Part shown: piece after piece, positions 23,383 through 36,450 of the stretch
Position numbering within the stretch: position 1 is the first letter of the stretch
Layout of the letters: each line of letters begins with the position of its first letter
Notes under the pieces: generated by a model
What the model saw: the letters and a program-made list of their open reading frames with translations, nothing else
What the model was told of the DNA's origin: nothing
Database searches by the model: none
NCBI RefSeq assembly: GCF_009914755.1
Contig: NC_060933.1
Source: the human T2T-CHM13v2.0 reference genome, Homo sapiens
Length of the DNA stretch: 64,000 bases
Direction: 5' to 3' (one strand)
Translations under genes and position numbers: made by a program

Positions 23383-25789
23383 AAAAGGTTGAGGATGTAG
23401 GGTACAGTTTAACAGAGAAAGGAACGTTTCTGAGCACTCAGTGGAAAGGATCCAGAGGAGGGTTAATATTTGGTGGACCTAGAAGTAGGGAATGGCAGAG
23501 CAATCAGATAATTTGGGTTTGAGAGAGGATGGACAATTTGCTGGGAATGGAAGGGTGCAGTTTGTTGGAAGCTAACAGCTATGTACCTAAACTTTCCAAG
23601 GGTCAAGAGAGAGAAAGAGTAGGAACTATCACACAGTTGGCAGGTGATTACAAAATGGTCTGTACTGGCAGGGGCAGCAAGTTCTGTAATATGTGGCCTC
23701 ATTTTTAGAGAAAATAAAATCCTGATTGGGGTTGAGGGGAGATGACCATGCACATAAACACACGTGTACATAAAACTAGAGTCCTTGCTTTTATTGAGCC
23801 CTCCCATGCCAAAACAAACAAATAAAAATTAGTAGCCTGCTGCAGTGGAGCTTGCACATGATTATGAAATAGGCCAATGAGCTCTATTGAGGGGTTATAA
23901 AGATTGAACATGGGGCTCTTCCTGAGGAATATAAGATGAGTGTTACTAAATTTTGATATTGATGGAATTCTGCATTCATGAAACTTTTAAATGCTTTGGT
24001 AGAATGGGTAATAATCTGGGAGTCAGCAGACTTGAATTCTGGTCCCCAAACCCCTATTTACCTTTGAAAGAAGAGAAAACCTACCGCCAATGTTTTCCCT
24101 TCCCCACCTCCCCTCTCCTCCAAAAGCTAGTTTCTGCCTCCACCTTTCTGATGAATCTACTTAAGTGAAGCTCATCAGTGACTCTGTCCTGCCACAGTTG
24201 CCATCCCATGGGTGCTTTCAATTTTAATGTAGGTTCCTTTTCTTCCCTGTTTCCCATGAACTGAGCTTTCCTGCTTTTCATCCACTGAACCGCTTCCTGG
24301 CCCTAATGGTGGTAATGCAGGGCCCATCACTTAATCATCTTTGTATGTCAAGTAAGAGTATAATGATTATCAAATAGATAATTGAATAAAATGCTTTTGT
24401 CACTAAGCTTTGATATCTTCATCTTTTCAAATTAAAGGTTTGGACTTCAAAATCTAAAATATATGATTGTGTGCTCTTCTTACAGTGGTTTTATGAATTT
24501 AAGAATCAAGTATCATCCACTTAGGGAAAAGAGTCCCTCAATAGAAGATTCTTGAGTTTATCACATAAAAAGGATGTGACAATATAGTCTTCTCTCAAGG
24601 TCCCAGAAGCAATACATCAGCCTTTTTAGGTTGATACCAAAGCTTTGGATATGTAACACTGACTGCTTCATACATAGATAGGTATTAATGCACAGATACA
24701 TAATACATAGACATACTGAATACAATGGCTTTAATGCTGCCATTATCTCATTCTCTTTAGAATATCATCTAACTTACTGAGTTGTATATTGTAATAAAAG
24801 CCAGCTTCAATTTGAGTAAATAGAACTGTTCTTTTTAGCAGTATGTGCTTAAGAAGCTAATTATAATTATACAGATCTATTTATATAAACACATTAAAAA
24901 TGGTTCTGCTGTTTCTATGTCAATTCATTTGTCATGACTTGGTACATAATTCCTTAGACTCATTCTTTTTAGAGTATAAAAATAATGCTTCCTAATTACA
25001 ATAAAATTAGAATAAAGTCAAAAAAGTAGAAAGAAGATTTTCTTGATCACACAAATTCCTAACATTCAGTGGCATTAGATGAACATTTGGTGTATTTCCT
25101 TTTGGGTATTTTTTTTTCTATTTAAAGATTATATTTTGCTGAGTTTATTTTTAAAGACATAGTTTATATATAGTTCTTGAAAAGAATATATGTATCATTT
25201 CCCTGAAAATATTAATACATGATCATCAAGATATTTGGGGATAAATTGCCACTTCAAAAATGCATCTTACAAAGAGCATTCACATGGTTTTAAATAGAAA
25301 TTTCTAAATATCTTATTCACAGTTTACAGTGGTAATGCACCTTTTAGATAAATAGAGCTAAATAAAGTACCCAGAAAATTAATGCAATTTAACATTCTCC
25401 TCAAACACTGCCCCTACCTCTTCCCTCTCAACAGTTAAATCACCAGGTACAGATGCCACCAAAATCTTAACACAACAACCCTAGGAAGCACATGATGAAA
25501 ACAGCATTCAGGTGCCAATTAACACAGGCCTCACTTCCTGAAACAGCTGTCCTCCAGTCATTCTAATGTATCATCCCATAGTCCTACTTCCTAGGAAAAG
25601 AAGTGAAAAGAAGGAACTGAATATTTATGCTGTTGTCTGACTGCTTTTAGACCTTAGCTGAAACTGAGATTTCTCTGAAGGAAGTACTCTTGTCTCATTC
25701 ATCTTTGTGTACAGTGACTAGGATCCCACAAAGCACAAGGCACAAGTTTTATTAGTATTTGTTGACTACTGAATAAGGCCAAGGGCAAA

Positions 25790-26229
25790 TGGTCAACTAG
25801 GAGTAATTTCAACTGCAAGTGGCAGAAAACTCAAAGGCAGTGATATAAGCAAACATATAGGTGTCTTTTTCTTATCTAGCTAGATGTCCAGAAGAAAGCA
25901 GGTGTTGATGTTTGTTCTATGGCTCAGCAATGTCAGGGGTGATATCTCTAAAATTCTCTCAGCCTTCCCCTTTTGCCTCAAGATGGCCGCATTAGCTTCG
26001 GTCACAAATCCATTTTCAAGGCAAGAGTACGCCTTGATGAGCCCCCAGTAGACTTCCAGTTAAATCTCATTAGCAGTGTTATATGACTTCCTCTTGCTGC
26101 AAAAGAGTCTGGGAAAGTGCTTGTATTTCCTGGAGCTTGTGTCTGGAGTTGGGCATAGAATCTGGATTCTGTTAGCAACAAAAAAGGGAGAAATGGGTAC
26201 TGGATAGTCAATTAACAGTGTCTGCCTCA
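25790..26229 (-). mobile_element. Old MLT1 (J/K-like) LTR
   Basis: ctgcaagtggcagaaaactcaa...caagatggccgc...gcaaaagagtctgggaaa...aacagtgtctgcctca. Confidence 0.65.
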
Positions 26230-26609
26230 AGAAATGTTGTTCTCCATCTTTTTAAAGTGAAAATAAAAAGTAGAAATTGAAAACAGCTAATAAAACAATC
26301 AAGAAAAGAACATACATTCCATGCAAACTTCCATAGGTATGACCACTCACTGACAGCTGCTACGGATAATAGTGACTTGGTGAGTTGGAAGTTGTGGCTG
26401 GTTCAACAGCAAGGCTAATCAAGTAACTTGAGAATGCGTGTATCTTGAGTGATGCACTCAACTACATACTATGTCTGGGTCTCTTGTCCTTAAAAGGGGA
26501 CCTAATACAGGATAGAAACAAACAAATTTGATTTGTCAAAGCTAGATGAATTATGAATGTCTTCCTTTGGTTTTAATGCAGTCCAATATTTTAAAAAATA
26601 TTTTATGGA

Positions 26610-26960
26610 ATTTGTAGAGGTGGAATTGGAAGAGACTCTATTTAGACTATACTCTTCATCATATCATGCAGCCTCTGCTTAAAATTTCCAGCAACAAGGT
26701 CTCTACTCTGTAAAGTAGCCAATTCAACATTTAAATTTCTCTAATGATCAGAAAAGTCTTTCATAATTTGAACTGGATTTTACTTCTCAGTGTTATGCAT
26801 CTACTGTTTCTAACACTGATTTTTAGAGTGAGCAGAATAAGTTTGTGTCTCCTTGCATATGACAGCCCTTTAAATAAATCAACAAAGTTGAGATCCCTGT
26901 TCTTGTAGAGAAACAATTTGGGCCTTGAACTCTTCCTTAGTTGGCGCAACTTCCGTAGTC
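26610..26960 (-). mobile_element. L3/CR1 LINE fragment
   Basis: cagcctctgcttaaaatttccag...agaaaagtctttc...atgacagccctttaaata. Confidence 0.55.
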
Positions 26961-27736
26961 CCTTTGTCCACCCCTCATTCCAGATAGTTGCCCTTCTCTG
27001 GTTACTCTGAAGTAGTGAATGTTACTTATTTTATAGCTCTTGCAATAACACAATAACACAATATGCCTATAACCAACCGCCAAGGGTGATTGTAGATGTC
27101 TACAACTACCCTTGGTGTCGACACTCACCATTTCGATTTTGGTCCACGTCTCTGGGCCTAAGAAGATTATTTGACATCCTTACTCATCAAATATGCAAGT
27201 TCTCCCCCTGAACGTATTTGCCAAACAAGCCCTCCATGATGTCATCCAAATCGTTAGAATAAAAAAATTCAACAAGGCAGAGACAATATGCTAAAAGAGC
27301 TTTCCTTTCTGGTTATCAAGCCATTTATAAATATTGGGGTGAAACTGTTGTTCAATTGTCTGTTAAAGTACCACAAAAGATAACTCTCCATATTTTTCCA
27401 TTTCATGCAGAGTTCTCAGGATTTTCCTTTCTGTCTCTCCACCAGGTAATTTAGAGCCTCCATAAATGATTTATTTGCCATGCTCTCCACCACATTTTAA
27501 ACAGTACACCACAGATGTCTGGCACTCCTTTAAAACTCAGGTGGAAAAATGAGGGTGGGTGTTAACATTTATGTAATTTATGTACAGTTACTAAATAAAC
27601 ACTGCACTAGGAGATTTATATACATTATTTCCTTCGGTCCTCCTAACCACTTTTTAAGGTCTTACAATACCCCCCAGCTTTTTAAAGAGAGATTACTAAA
27701 AAGTTTACTGTAGTTCAGAAACTTGCTTTAGAACTA

Positions 27737-29172
27737 TGTTATTTTTCTGGACACCAAATACACGTTGTTTTCCAAACAAATTCTCTAAATCTTTGACATC
27801 AACTGGGTGTCCGACAATTTAATTCAATTCCAACAACTATTGAGAAATAAAAACAAAATCCTAAGACCCAAGGAGACACCAGAGAAATCTTAAAAACTGA
27901 GTTCCTGGCCATGACAGGACAAGTGGTGAGACATGCCTCAGTATGCTCCTTTCTTATTAACCTTTAACCAGAATTCTTTCCTAAGGAGTAAACAGAAACC
28001 AGCTTTGGAAAAGAAGAAACAGACAACTCATTTCATTAATCACCTTTAACCAACCATCTGAGGCCATGTCTGCACTTCCCCTCCCTCTTTGCTGTTTCTA
28101 CATGACAACTCACCAGTTTCACAATGCATCCTTCCTGAAAACTAACCACCCTCTCCAGGCTGGTTTTGGCCAACTCATGGAGGATGCACAGTGAGGGTTC
28201 TCGTGTCCCTCTGCTTCACCTTTTGACATCAGCGAGCTCAAAACTCCACCCTTGGACCATGCTAACAACACCCTTTATTTTCGAACATGTGACTCATGAA
28301 GAGCCATGAAGCTCAGTTGTGCATGCATATGTTTCTCCTTTCAAATATTCCTTATATAGCTATTAAATATGTATACTTAGCCAACCTGTTCAGCATAAAT
28401 TCCTGTATTATGCTTCCTTCCCTCAAAGTGCTTGCTCTCGGTGGCCAAAGGCCATGGTTCCTAGCCTGTGGAATGGCCAGTTTATTTCTCTTTTATGAGA
28501 AATAGTTTTCCTGTCCAAATTTATGAAACTCATCATTCTTCAGATGTCAATACCCAGAGTTGACACAGATCGTACAGCTCAAGGGCTCAATCCCACAAGA
28601 CTTCTCCCACTTCAGATGCCAACTGCAAGTGGGGTGCTCAGGCTACCCACACTTCTGCCCAGCTGACTACAAATTCAGGGGTTCCCACGACCCTCTCCTC
28701 AAGTTTATAATTCCTTAGAAAAACTCATAGATCTCAGGAAAACACTACACTTAAAGGATAGCCAAATGGAAGAGACACTAGAACAAGATATGGAAGGGGT
28801 AGAGGGGTAGTCCAGAGCTTCCATGCCCTCTCCAGGTGCACCACCTTCCTAGAATATCAACATGTTCACCAATTAAGAAGCTCACCAAACACTGTCGCTT
28901 AGGAGTTTTTATGAAGGCTTCGCTATATAGGCACGGTTGACTAAATCATTGGTCACTGGTGACTAAATTCAATCTCCAGCCCCTCTTTCCTCTCTGGAAA
29001 TCAAGGGGTGGGGCTGACAGTTCTAACATTCTAGTCACATGACTCTCTAAAGCCTCTGCCCATGGTTTAGTCATCTCATTAGTACACAAAAGACAGTGAA
29101 GTCCAAGGGTTTTAGAAATCTGTGCCAGGAACCAGGGGCAAAGACCAAGTTTATATTTTTTATTACACCACA
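27737..29172 (-). mobile_element. MER21-family LTR, split by MER39; inserted in a MIR
   Basis: ctgggtgtccgacaatttaattcaattc; cccacttcagatgccaa...gagcttccatgccctctcc...ttattacaccaca. Confidence 0.8.
27841..28549 (+). mobile_element. MER39/MER39B ERV1 solo LTR
   Basis: tgagaaataaaaacaaaatcctaag...aaaaactgagttcctggccatgac...gcttcaccttttgacatcag...cattcttcagatgtca. Confidence 0.8.
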
Positions 29173-29916
29173 AGATCCCATGGTTAGTAATGGTAGAGCT
29201 GTATTTCTAACTCAGGTCGGCTTATGGTTGAATTTCATATTCTCCTCTTATGACAGATTTCCTACTGATGAATCAAATTTTATAGAACGAAAGCTATATT
29301 AGTACAAGATATTTTGAGATGCGCTCCAAGTAGAAATATCCTGTGTCAAAGTCACATCAATCTGAAAACTGGTAATCAAGAAAATTAGTCTTGAGAAATG
29401 TGTTTTCCTTATTCTGAATAATCATGATCAGCTCTTTAATTGTTATATTTACCCTTCATACGCTAAAGCAAGTCAAATAGGTAAGACCTTCGTTCTCCAT
29501 CACTTACGTATTACTAACTGTAGGTTAAGGATCCAACTAATATTTTACAGTAACTTTCACACTTATCCTTTGCCCACTGATTCACTCACATACTCTCACG
29601 CTCAGGGGTTTATGTAACTATACTCATCTAGAAAGCAAAAAGAAATAGGTTTATCACACACAGAAAGAATTTTAAAACAATGAATAATGTTGTAGGAAAA
29701 CAGAGGATTATAGCTTGAGTGACTTGTGTACCAAACAGTACAGCATGCTCTGTGTGGGTCTGTTCCTGTCACCTGCAAAACTGTGTGGAAAATATTCTTG
29801 GAACAGAAAGTAGAGCCTTTTTGTGTCATCCTACTCCATTTTTTAACAGCTTAATAGAAATGACTGAACATATAATTCATTTGAGTAACAAAAATTAGTT
29901 ATAAATTTCCATTTCA

Positions 29917-30234
<318 letters not shown>

Positions 30235-32469
30235 TTAATTTCAAAATTTTCAGCAACAAAAGAATCTATACCATTTATTGAGCTCCTTTGATGCCAATTG
30301 CTAATAACATTAGGCACCTTTAAAATATCTAATCCTTGCAACCAGCTCCACAACACAGATGTCATATCCCCATTTTACACAAAACTAAACTGAGACTCAA
30401 AGGTTGAGAGGCAAACCATGTGGAACATACATTGTTCTTATGACATCTTGCTATACTAAACTCTCCATCCTCATATCCCTGAGAAGTCTTCAAGAACCAT
30501 GCAGATATATTTTCTTAAAAAGATGATAGGGAAAGAAGGGAAAGCAAGGGAAAATTTTTTAAAAAGGGAAAAGGGAAGAAAAGGAAGGGAAGGGAATGGA
30601 GGGTAAGGCCAGATGACACAAAGCAAAACAACACAACTACTCTACACCAGAGCATCTGGAGAAACAATAGCTAAAATTCTGTATGTTTCTCACCACAAGC
30701 CAGAGATTATATTGACATCGTGTCACCACTCCAATGTGTTTCCAAATATCTTGGTCATTCAGTCAATATATTCAATGAGAACTTCTCTGCACTCAGAATG
30801 TTGTAATAGGTGCTGTGGGGAAAATACACACGCAATAAAAGATAAGTTGCCACCCTTATGGCACTCACAATTGAGCTAGGTCAAGAATATAAATTCATGA
30901 AATAGCAGGAGACTTTCATGGTAACACCTTAAGGACAGATATCTCTAGCACCAGCTATGAAGCCAGAAAGTGGAAGTGCACGAGTTGGGCAGGCTCTTCC
31001 ATAAGCCAGACTTCTCAATCTGGATTTGAAAAGAACCAAAGAATAGGACGTGACTTTGCCACCAAGAATTAAAACTGAAGGTTCTTTATTGTGCATGCTG
31101 CGTGTCAACAGACAGCCCATGGTAGACTCTACTTCAAGACCATTATGAGAAATAAGCAGTTCCTCCTCTGGACTCTCAGCAAGGTAGTTGATCTTGGTCC
31201 CAAACACTTTACCCTACCAGGATGCACACTTCAAACCTTGAAACTCTTGGTGATAATGAAACAAACTAAGATTCTAAGCCTGTTCCTCTGCAAATAGTTC
31301 TTTGTCAAGATTCTATGCCAAACAGTGGAATAGTGTCTACTTCTGTTTTAGTAACACAGTAACAGGCACCTGGGCAAAAATGATCACGAAAATAAAGTCA
31401 CACTCCATCATCATAAGTGATTTATGGATATTCCATTTTCTGAGGCTGCCGTGTCTATTTCTAAAACCAAGGTGCCAGACAGGACGAAGATACTCGAACA
31501 ACAAATGGCTGAACTGAAGCCTTCACATAAGCCTCAAGAATTTGGCAAGGTTTATGTTGATATTTAAAACCCCAATATCAGAACAGTTGTATAAAGACAT
31601 AAAAGGACATGTTTTTGTTCAGGTGTCTGTGACTGATGGAGTGATTTCAGTGATTTTGAGACAGTGTTTTGAAAAGCACATCCTGACACACATCTTGAGG
31701 AGGATTAGCAATCCCCTGTATTTCTTGATGTCCCACACAGGCACAGTATACAGTTCTCACTGACTGGATGACTGGGTGCTATATTCCAATACTCCCTTAG
31801 AGAAGGTGTCCAAAAAGTGACACAATGTAAACTTTGTGTTTACATATTTCCATATAAGTCCATTTTAAAATTTCAATGATTTTTTTCTGAACGAGCATCT
31901 GTAGGTCCACGTAGTTCCATAAAAGGAGAGATTTCTGTTTCCTAATACTCTGTGCTAAATCCCTGTTGGCTCCATGTATACTTAAATAATCTGGAGTTTA
32001 TTCATTATAAAAGACTTAGCTCACTGGCTCACTGAATACACTGATTTTCATCCAACAAACATTTACTGAGGAACTACTTTATTATAGGCCTTGTATCCAG
32101 TGTTTGGAGAGATAGAAAAGGACCTGGTTCCCACCCCACTCTTAGGTCACTCAGTCTAAAGGGCTGTCAGACCACTAGGCAATTACAGTGCAGTGTGAAG
32201 AGGGCTAAAGAAGTGCAAGGTGATGTGCAGCCATATGGGCGGGAGGGGTAGAAGGGAGAGCCAGCAGACCAGCCTGAATTGTACCTTTCTAAATTTACCT
32301 TTCTTGTGGTAAATCCACACTTCAGCCATGTCAGGAACGATGGCACCTTTTTAGGTAGTGAGTACTTGAATCAATGTGATCAAATGCTTCTACTCCTAAG
32401 AAGTGACAATTGAGTAAACCATATTCTTTCTTATATTTTTAACTGATAAAAATAATGATATATACTATG

Positions 32470-32665
32470 ACTTTAATAGAACTTTGAATTTATTTACTGG
32501 AGTCACCTTGGTCAGGTGACCTAGCCTCTCTAAACTTCAATTTCCTCATCTGTAAAATAAGAATAACACCTATCTCATAGGTTTGTTTTGAGGGTCAGTG
32601 TAGAATAATGCACATAAAGCATTTACAACAGTGTCTAGCACAAAGAAAGTGCTCATTAAATAGCT
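32470..32665 (+). mobile_element. MIR SINE
   Basis: tttcctcatctgtaaaataagaataacacctatctcatagg...gtgctcattaaat. Confidence 0.85.
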
Positions 32666-34088
32666 GAAGTTTTAAATTATGAATGCCATTCGTGAATCTC
32701 TCTTCTTGCCTTCCCTCCTGGGACATGACAATTTCCTATTCAGCTCAACATCCTGCACTTTAAGCTCTCTCAATCTCAGTGGTATACTATGTTCCTCAAG
32801 CTTGTTTAAGAGAAAGCAGCTGATATCTGGAACCAAACTTCTACTTTATTCAGTGAAAAAAACAAACAAACAACAACAAAAAACCACTCAATGATCTTCT
32901 GGGTATGTGGTGCTGGTTTTTATTTTTCCATAGGAGTAATTTCTTTTTCCTAATACTCTGGCTCTATTCCTTTTGGCTTCCAGAAAGCAAGAATTACTCT
33001 GAGATGCCCAGACCAGACTAGACACAGACACAGAAAGCCAGTGACCTATATCAACTGCCACTAATCATCAGAGTGAGAGAACAGATACTTCCCCTTTTCT
33101 GTCAAGGGCAGACCAATGAATTAGGCACTGAAGCAGACCAAATGTGATCTGGTATCTTAGTTCTGTGCAATCAGCTACAATAAAGCTAAGTGGTCTGGGA
33201 AAGCATGGCAAAGCAGTAATCATCCCTAAAGTAACTAGAGGAATAACTAAGTAAGTGTCTGCTAAAATACGGTCTGTACCTTTTCAAGAGGTGCATGTCT
33301 CCATTTGGGCCTCCCCAAAACTCGCTTAAGTGGATAGACAAGGCAGCCTAGTAAACAACCTGAAAGGCCTGTAATCTATAATTTTGGGATGGTAAACAAA
33401 GGTATTGGTCATAAGGTGGACTTACTGTGCCCTTTTATTAAGCATGAGAAAATAATTTTTCTATAAGGAACTGAATTTGAGCTCATACTTAAAAGTTGTG
33501 GCTGTGGCTATACTACAGAAGGGAAGAGTTAATCCCCAATTGTGCCCACATGTGCAGTGGCAGCAGAAACTGGCAGAAAGAACCCTGAACTAGCCTTGAG
33601 TACTATTCTTGTCTCCACACTCTCTAACTGCGGGCTCCCTGCCAGTAACTGCTTTTGTGAAGCCACTAGGAGCTGCTGACTGGTTGCATTTCCTTGTTCA
33701 TCCAAAAGCTATATTTAGAGTGACAACCCCTAGAGATTTAAGGGACCCTGAGACAGGTCAAGTGACGTGATCCTGCTCTGAGGAAGCCTCTCGTGACCCA
33801 AGCCAAGGGAGTAAACTCTACAACAGGGAGAAGAAATGGGAGAATAGGAAGAAGTAAAAGAAGGAGGGAATTCACAGAGTACCAATAGCATGCCAGGACT
33901 AGAGCTAGGTGCTCTCACTTACATGAACTCATTTAATCTTAACAATTAGGCAAAGCAGGTATTATCCCATTGTTCCTATTCTAAAATGACAGGCAACTTG
34001 GCTAAATTAAAAGAGTAACTAAAGAGTTGAACTTAGGGCTCCACAGGCTACTTTTAAGTCTATTACCATGGTTTACTGCCTCTGCATG

Positions 34089-34107
34089 GAGCACCCTCTG
34101 GTGGGCA
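34089..34107 (-). promoter_or_regulatory. Candidate CTCF motif
   Basis: Minus strand tgcccaccagagggtgctc versus consensus TGGCCACCAGRKGGCGCTA; core C replaced by T. Confidence 0.3.
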
Positions 34108-34791
34108 GGGGGATATCCAGACTGAGTGAATGCCTTCTCCAGACCTTTTTCCCAAGGACACTGAGACCTGCAGTACCTTCCTAGTTAAATTGGCCGGGAG
34201 CCTGCCTGGGTATGAAAGGGATACTGAAGCAGCTGGAGATTTCTGGGTTTGCTTCAGAAGTTCTAGGCACTTCAGCGTATTTAACAAAAAGTTTCAAGGA
34301 AAGTAGACCTCCTTCTTTGGGCTATGAATCCTTTCCAGAGACAGGATATCTATTTAGATAAATGTAAGTTTCAATTCTTCCCTTTCTCACAGTCCTCCTC
34401 TCTAAAACAGAATTAGTGAGTAACACCCATCTTAGAGTGATACAGCCTGGTAGACAGTGTTTTGGAAGACTATAACTCTTTAACTCTTGGAAAAGGAAGA
34501 AAAATATACAACCCTGCAATCTGCGAAGTTCTTGCACAGATATAAACTCATTGATTCTCAGAGAATTGGAGGTACAAGTATCGTCATTCCCATTTTACAA
34601 AAGCTCAAGTGGCTCAGTGACTTGCTTAAGATAAAATGGTTAACAGGACCCTTGCTTTTACTAAGCAATTTGACCTCAAAAGGCATGTCTTTCTCATTAA
34701 ATACACCCTTTCTATAATCATGTTAAATAACAAATTGTTCCCAGGGTAAGAGAAGGGGAGTGATATAAAATTAAGCCATTATCTTATTCCT

Positions 34792-35183
34792 TGCTATGGT
34801 TTGAATGTTTGTGGCCCTTCCAAAATTCATGTTGAAATTTAATCCCTAAAGCAACAATATTAGGAGGTGGGGCTTTAGAAGGTGATTAGGCCATGAGGAC
34901 TCTGACTTTATGAATGGATAAAATATAAAATATAAAAGGGATTGAGGGGGCAACTTCACCTCTTCTGTCCCTTCTGCCTGAGGAAACACAGTGTTTGTCT
35001 CTTTTGTAGGATGCAGCAACAAGGTGCCATCTTTGAAGCAGAGAGCATCCCTCACCAGACACCAAATCTGCCAGCACTTTGATTTTGAACTTCCCAGTCT
35101 CCAGAACTGTGAGCAATACATTTCTATTTATAGATTACCCAGTCTCTGGTATTATGTTATAGCAATACAAAGGGACTAAGACA
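34792..35183 (+). mobile_element. MSTD-like MaLR solo LTR
   Basis: tgctatggtttgaatg...gggactaagaca; TSD ttcct/tccct. Confidence 0.88.
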
Positions 35184-35219
35184 TCCCTGAATAATATTTC
35201 AGTGGTATAAGGCAAAATG

Positions 35220-35220
<1 letters not shown>

Positions 35221-35254
<34 letters not shown>
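35221..35254. repeat. (TA)17
   Basis: Direct reading. Confidence 0.97.
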
Positions 35255-35255
<1 letters not shown>

Positions 35256-35449
35256 CAAAGGAAACAGACATATTATTTTACTCAAGTGGAAGAAAAGTAG
35301 TGTTACACAGGAAAGACTTTATGACACAGGCAGCAATTTATCAATTTATGTGGGTCTTCTGTGAAAGATAAGATGTCATGAACTTAAGACAGGAATCTGG
35401 CAAAGGAATGAAGGAAATCAAGTGGAGGAAAAACTGAGAAATCCTAGTA

Positions 35450-36450
35450 TTGCCCAACTATAGGTTCCATGAGAGGAAACAGTGAAAAACAGCTCTGGAA
35501 AAAATCAATGTGGATGATCCTGAATGGGCAGGCCAGGTAAAGCATTAGGCCTTTATTCTGCCAATAATTTGGAACCCTGAAAGGTTCTGAGCAAGAGACA
35601 GAATGATCCAACCTATCCTACTCTGGTACTATTGTAAAGTACAGATTAAAATGGGGAGACATTAGAAGATATGAATATCTTTGCCTCAATTCACATGAGA
35701 CCAAAAGGGGGCCCTATCAGGGTTCCAATACTAGGAATGTAAAGGTGGGGTGAAATGACATAGGTAGAAAATGGATAGAACTCAGTGAGTGACTGGATAT
35801 GAAGGCTAGCCAGGGGTTGAAATCAAGAGCTATAATTAGGGTTTGAACCTAGCTGATTTGAAGGACAATGACAGAACTAAGCAAGACAGAGGAGACAGGA
35901 AGAGGAATTGGCAGGGAAGGGGATATGGTGAATTTTGCACATGCTGAGCGTAAAAAAAGTTTTGATTGATTATTCAGAACGAGATTTTCAGCAAATTCTT
36001 GATAATGTATAGTAGATCTAAAACACAGGAATTACGTCAAAGGTGGAGACTCAGGAGTCAACAGCATAAGGAAGACAGAAGTGAACAGAATGACCAATGG
36101 AGAGAGACGAGAGTCAAGTGCAGGAACCCAACAGACCCTCAAGAAAGCACACTGAAAGAGACAAAGGAGTAATATTAAGATGGACAGGAGAAGAACATGA
36201 CTACAACGCCACATGATAAAGGGAGTGAGAAACATTAAGAAGTAGATTATGGCCAATAGTATCAAATCTCAGAGATTCAAAGGAAGATATGGGTTAGGAC
36301 TAGACTATTAGTGAAGGTCCTGGTGGTCTTTGAGAGCAATTTTAACAGAGCTATGTGGGCTTTCAACAGATTGAAAGAGGTTAGAGAGAGAGAGAGAGAG
36401 AGCAGGAAGTGGAGGCAGGGAAAGTGTAGGCTACAACTTTTGGGAAGCAG
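35450..36450 (-). mobile_element. Degraded L2
   Basis: Purine-rich L2-antisense blocks, e.g. gtgactggatatgaagg, tttgagagcaattttaacagag. Confidence 0.5.
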
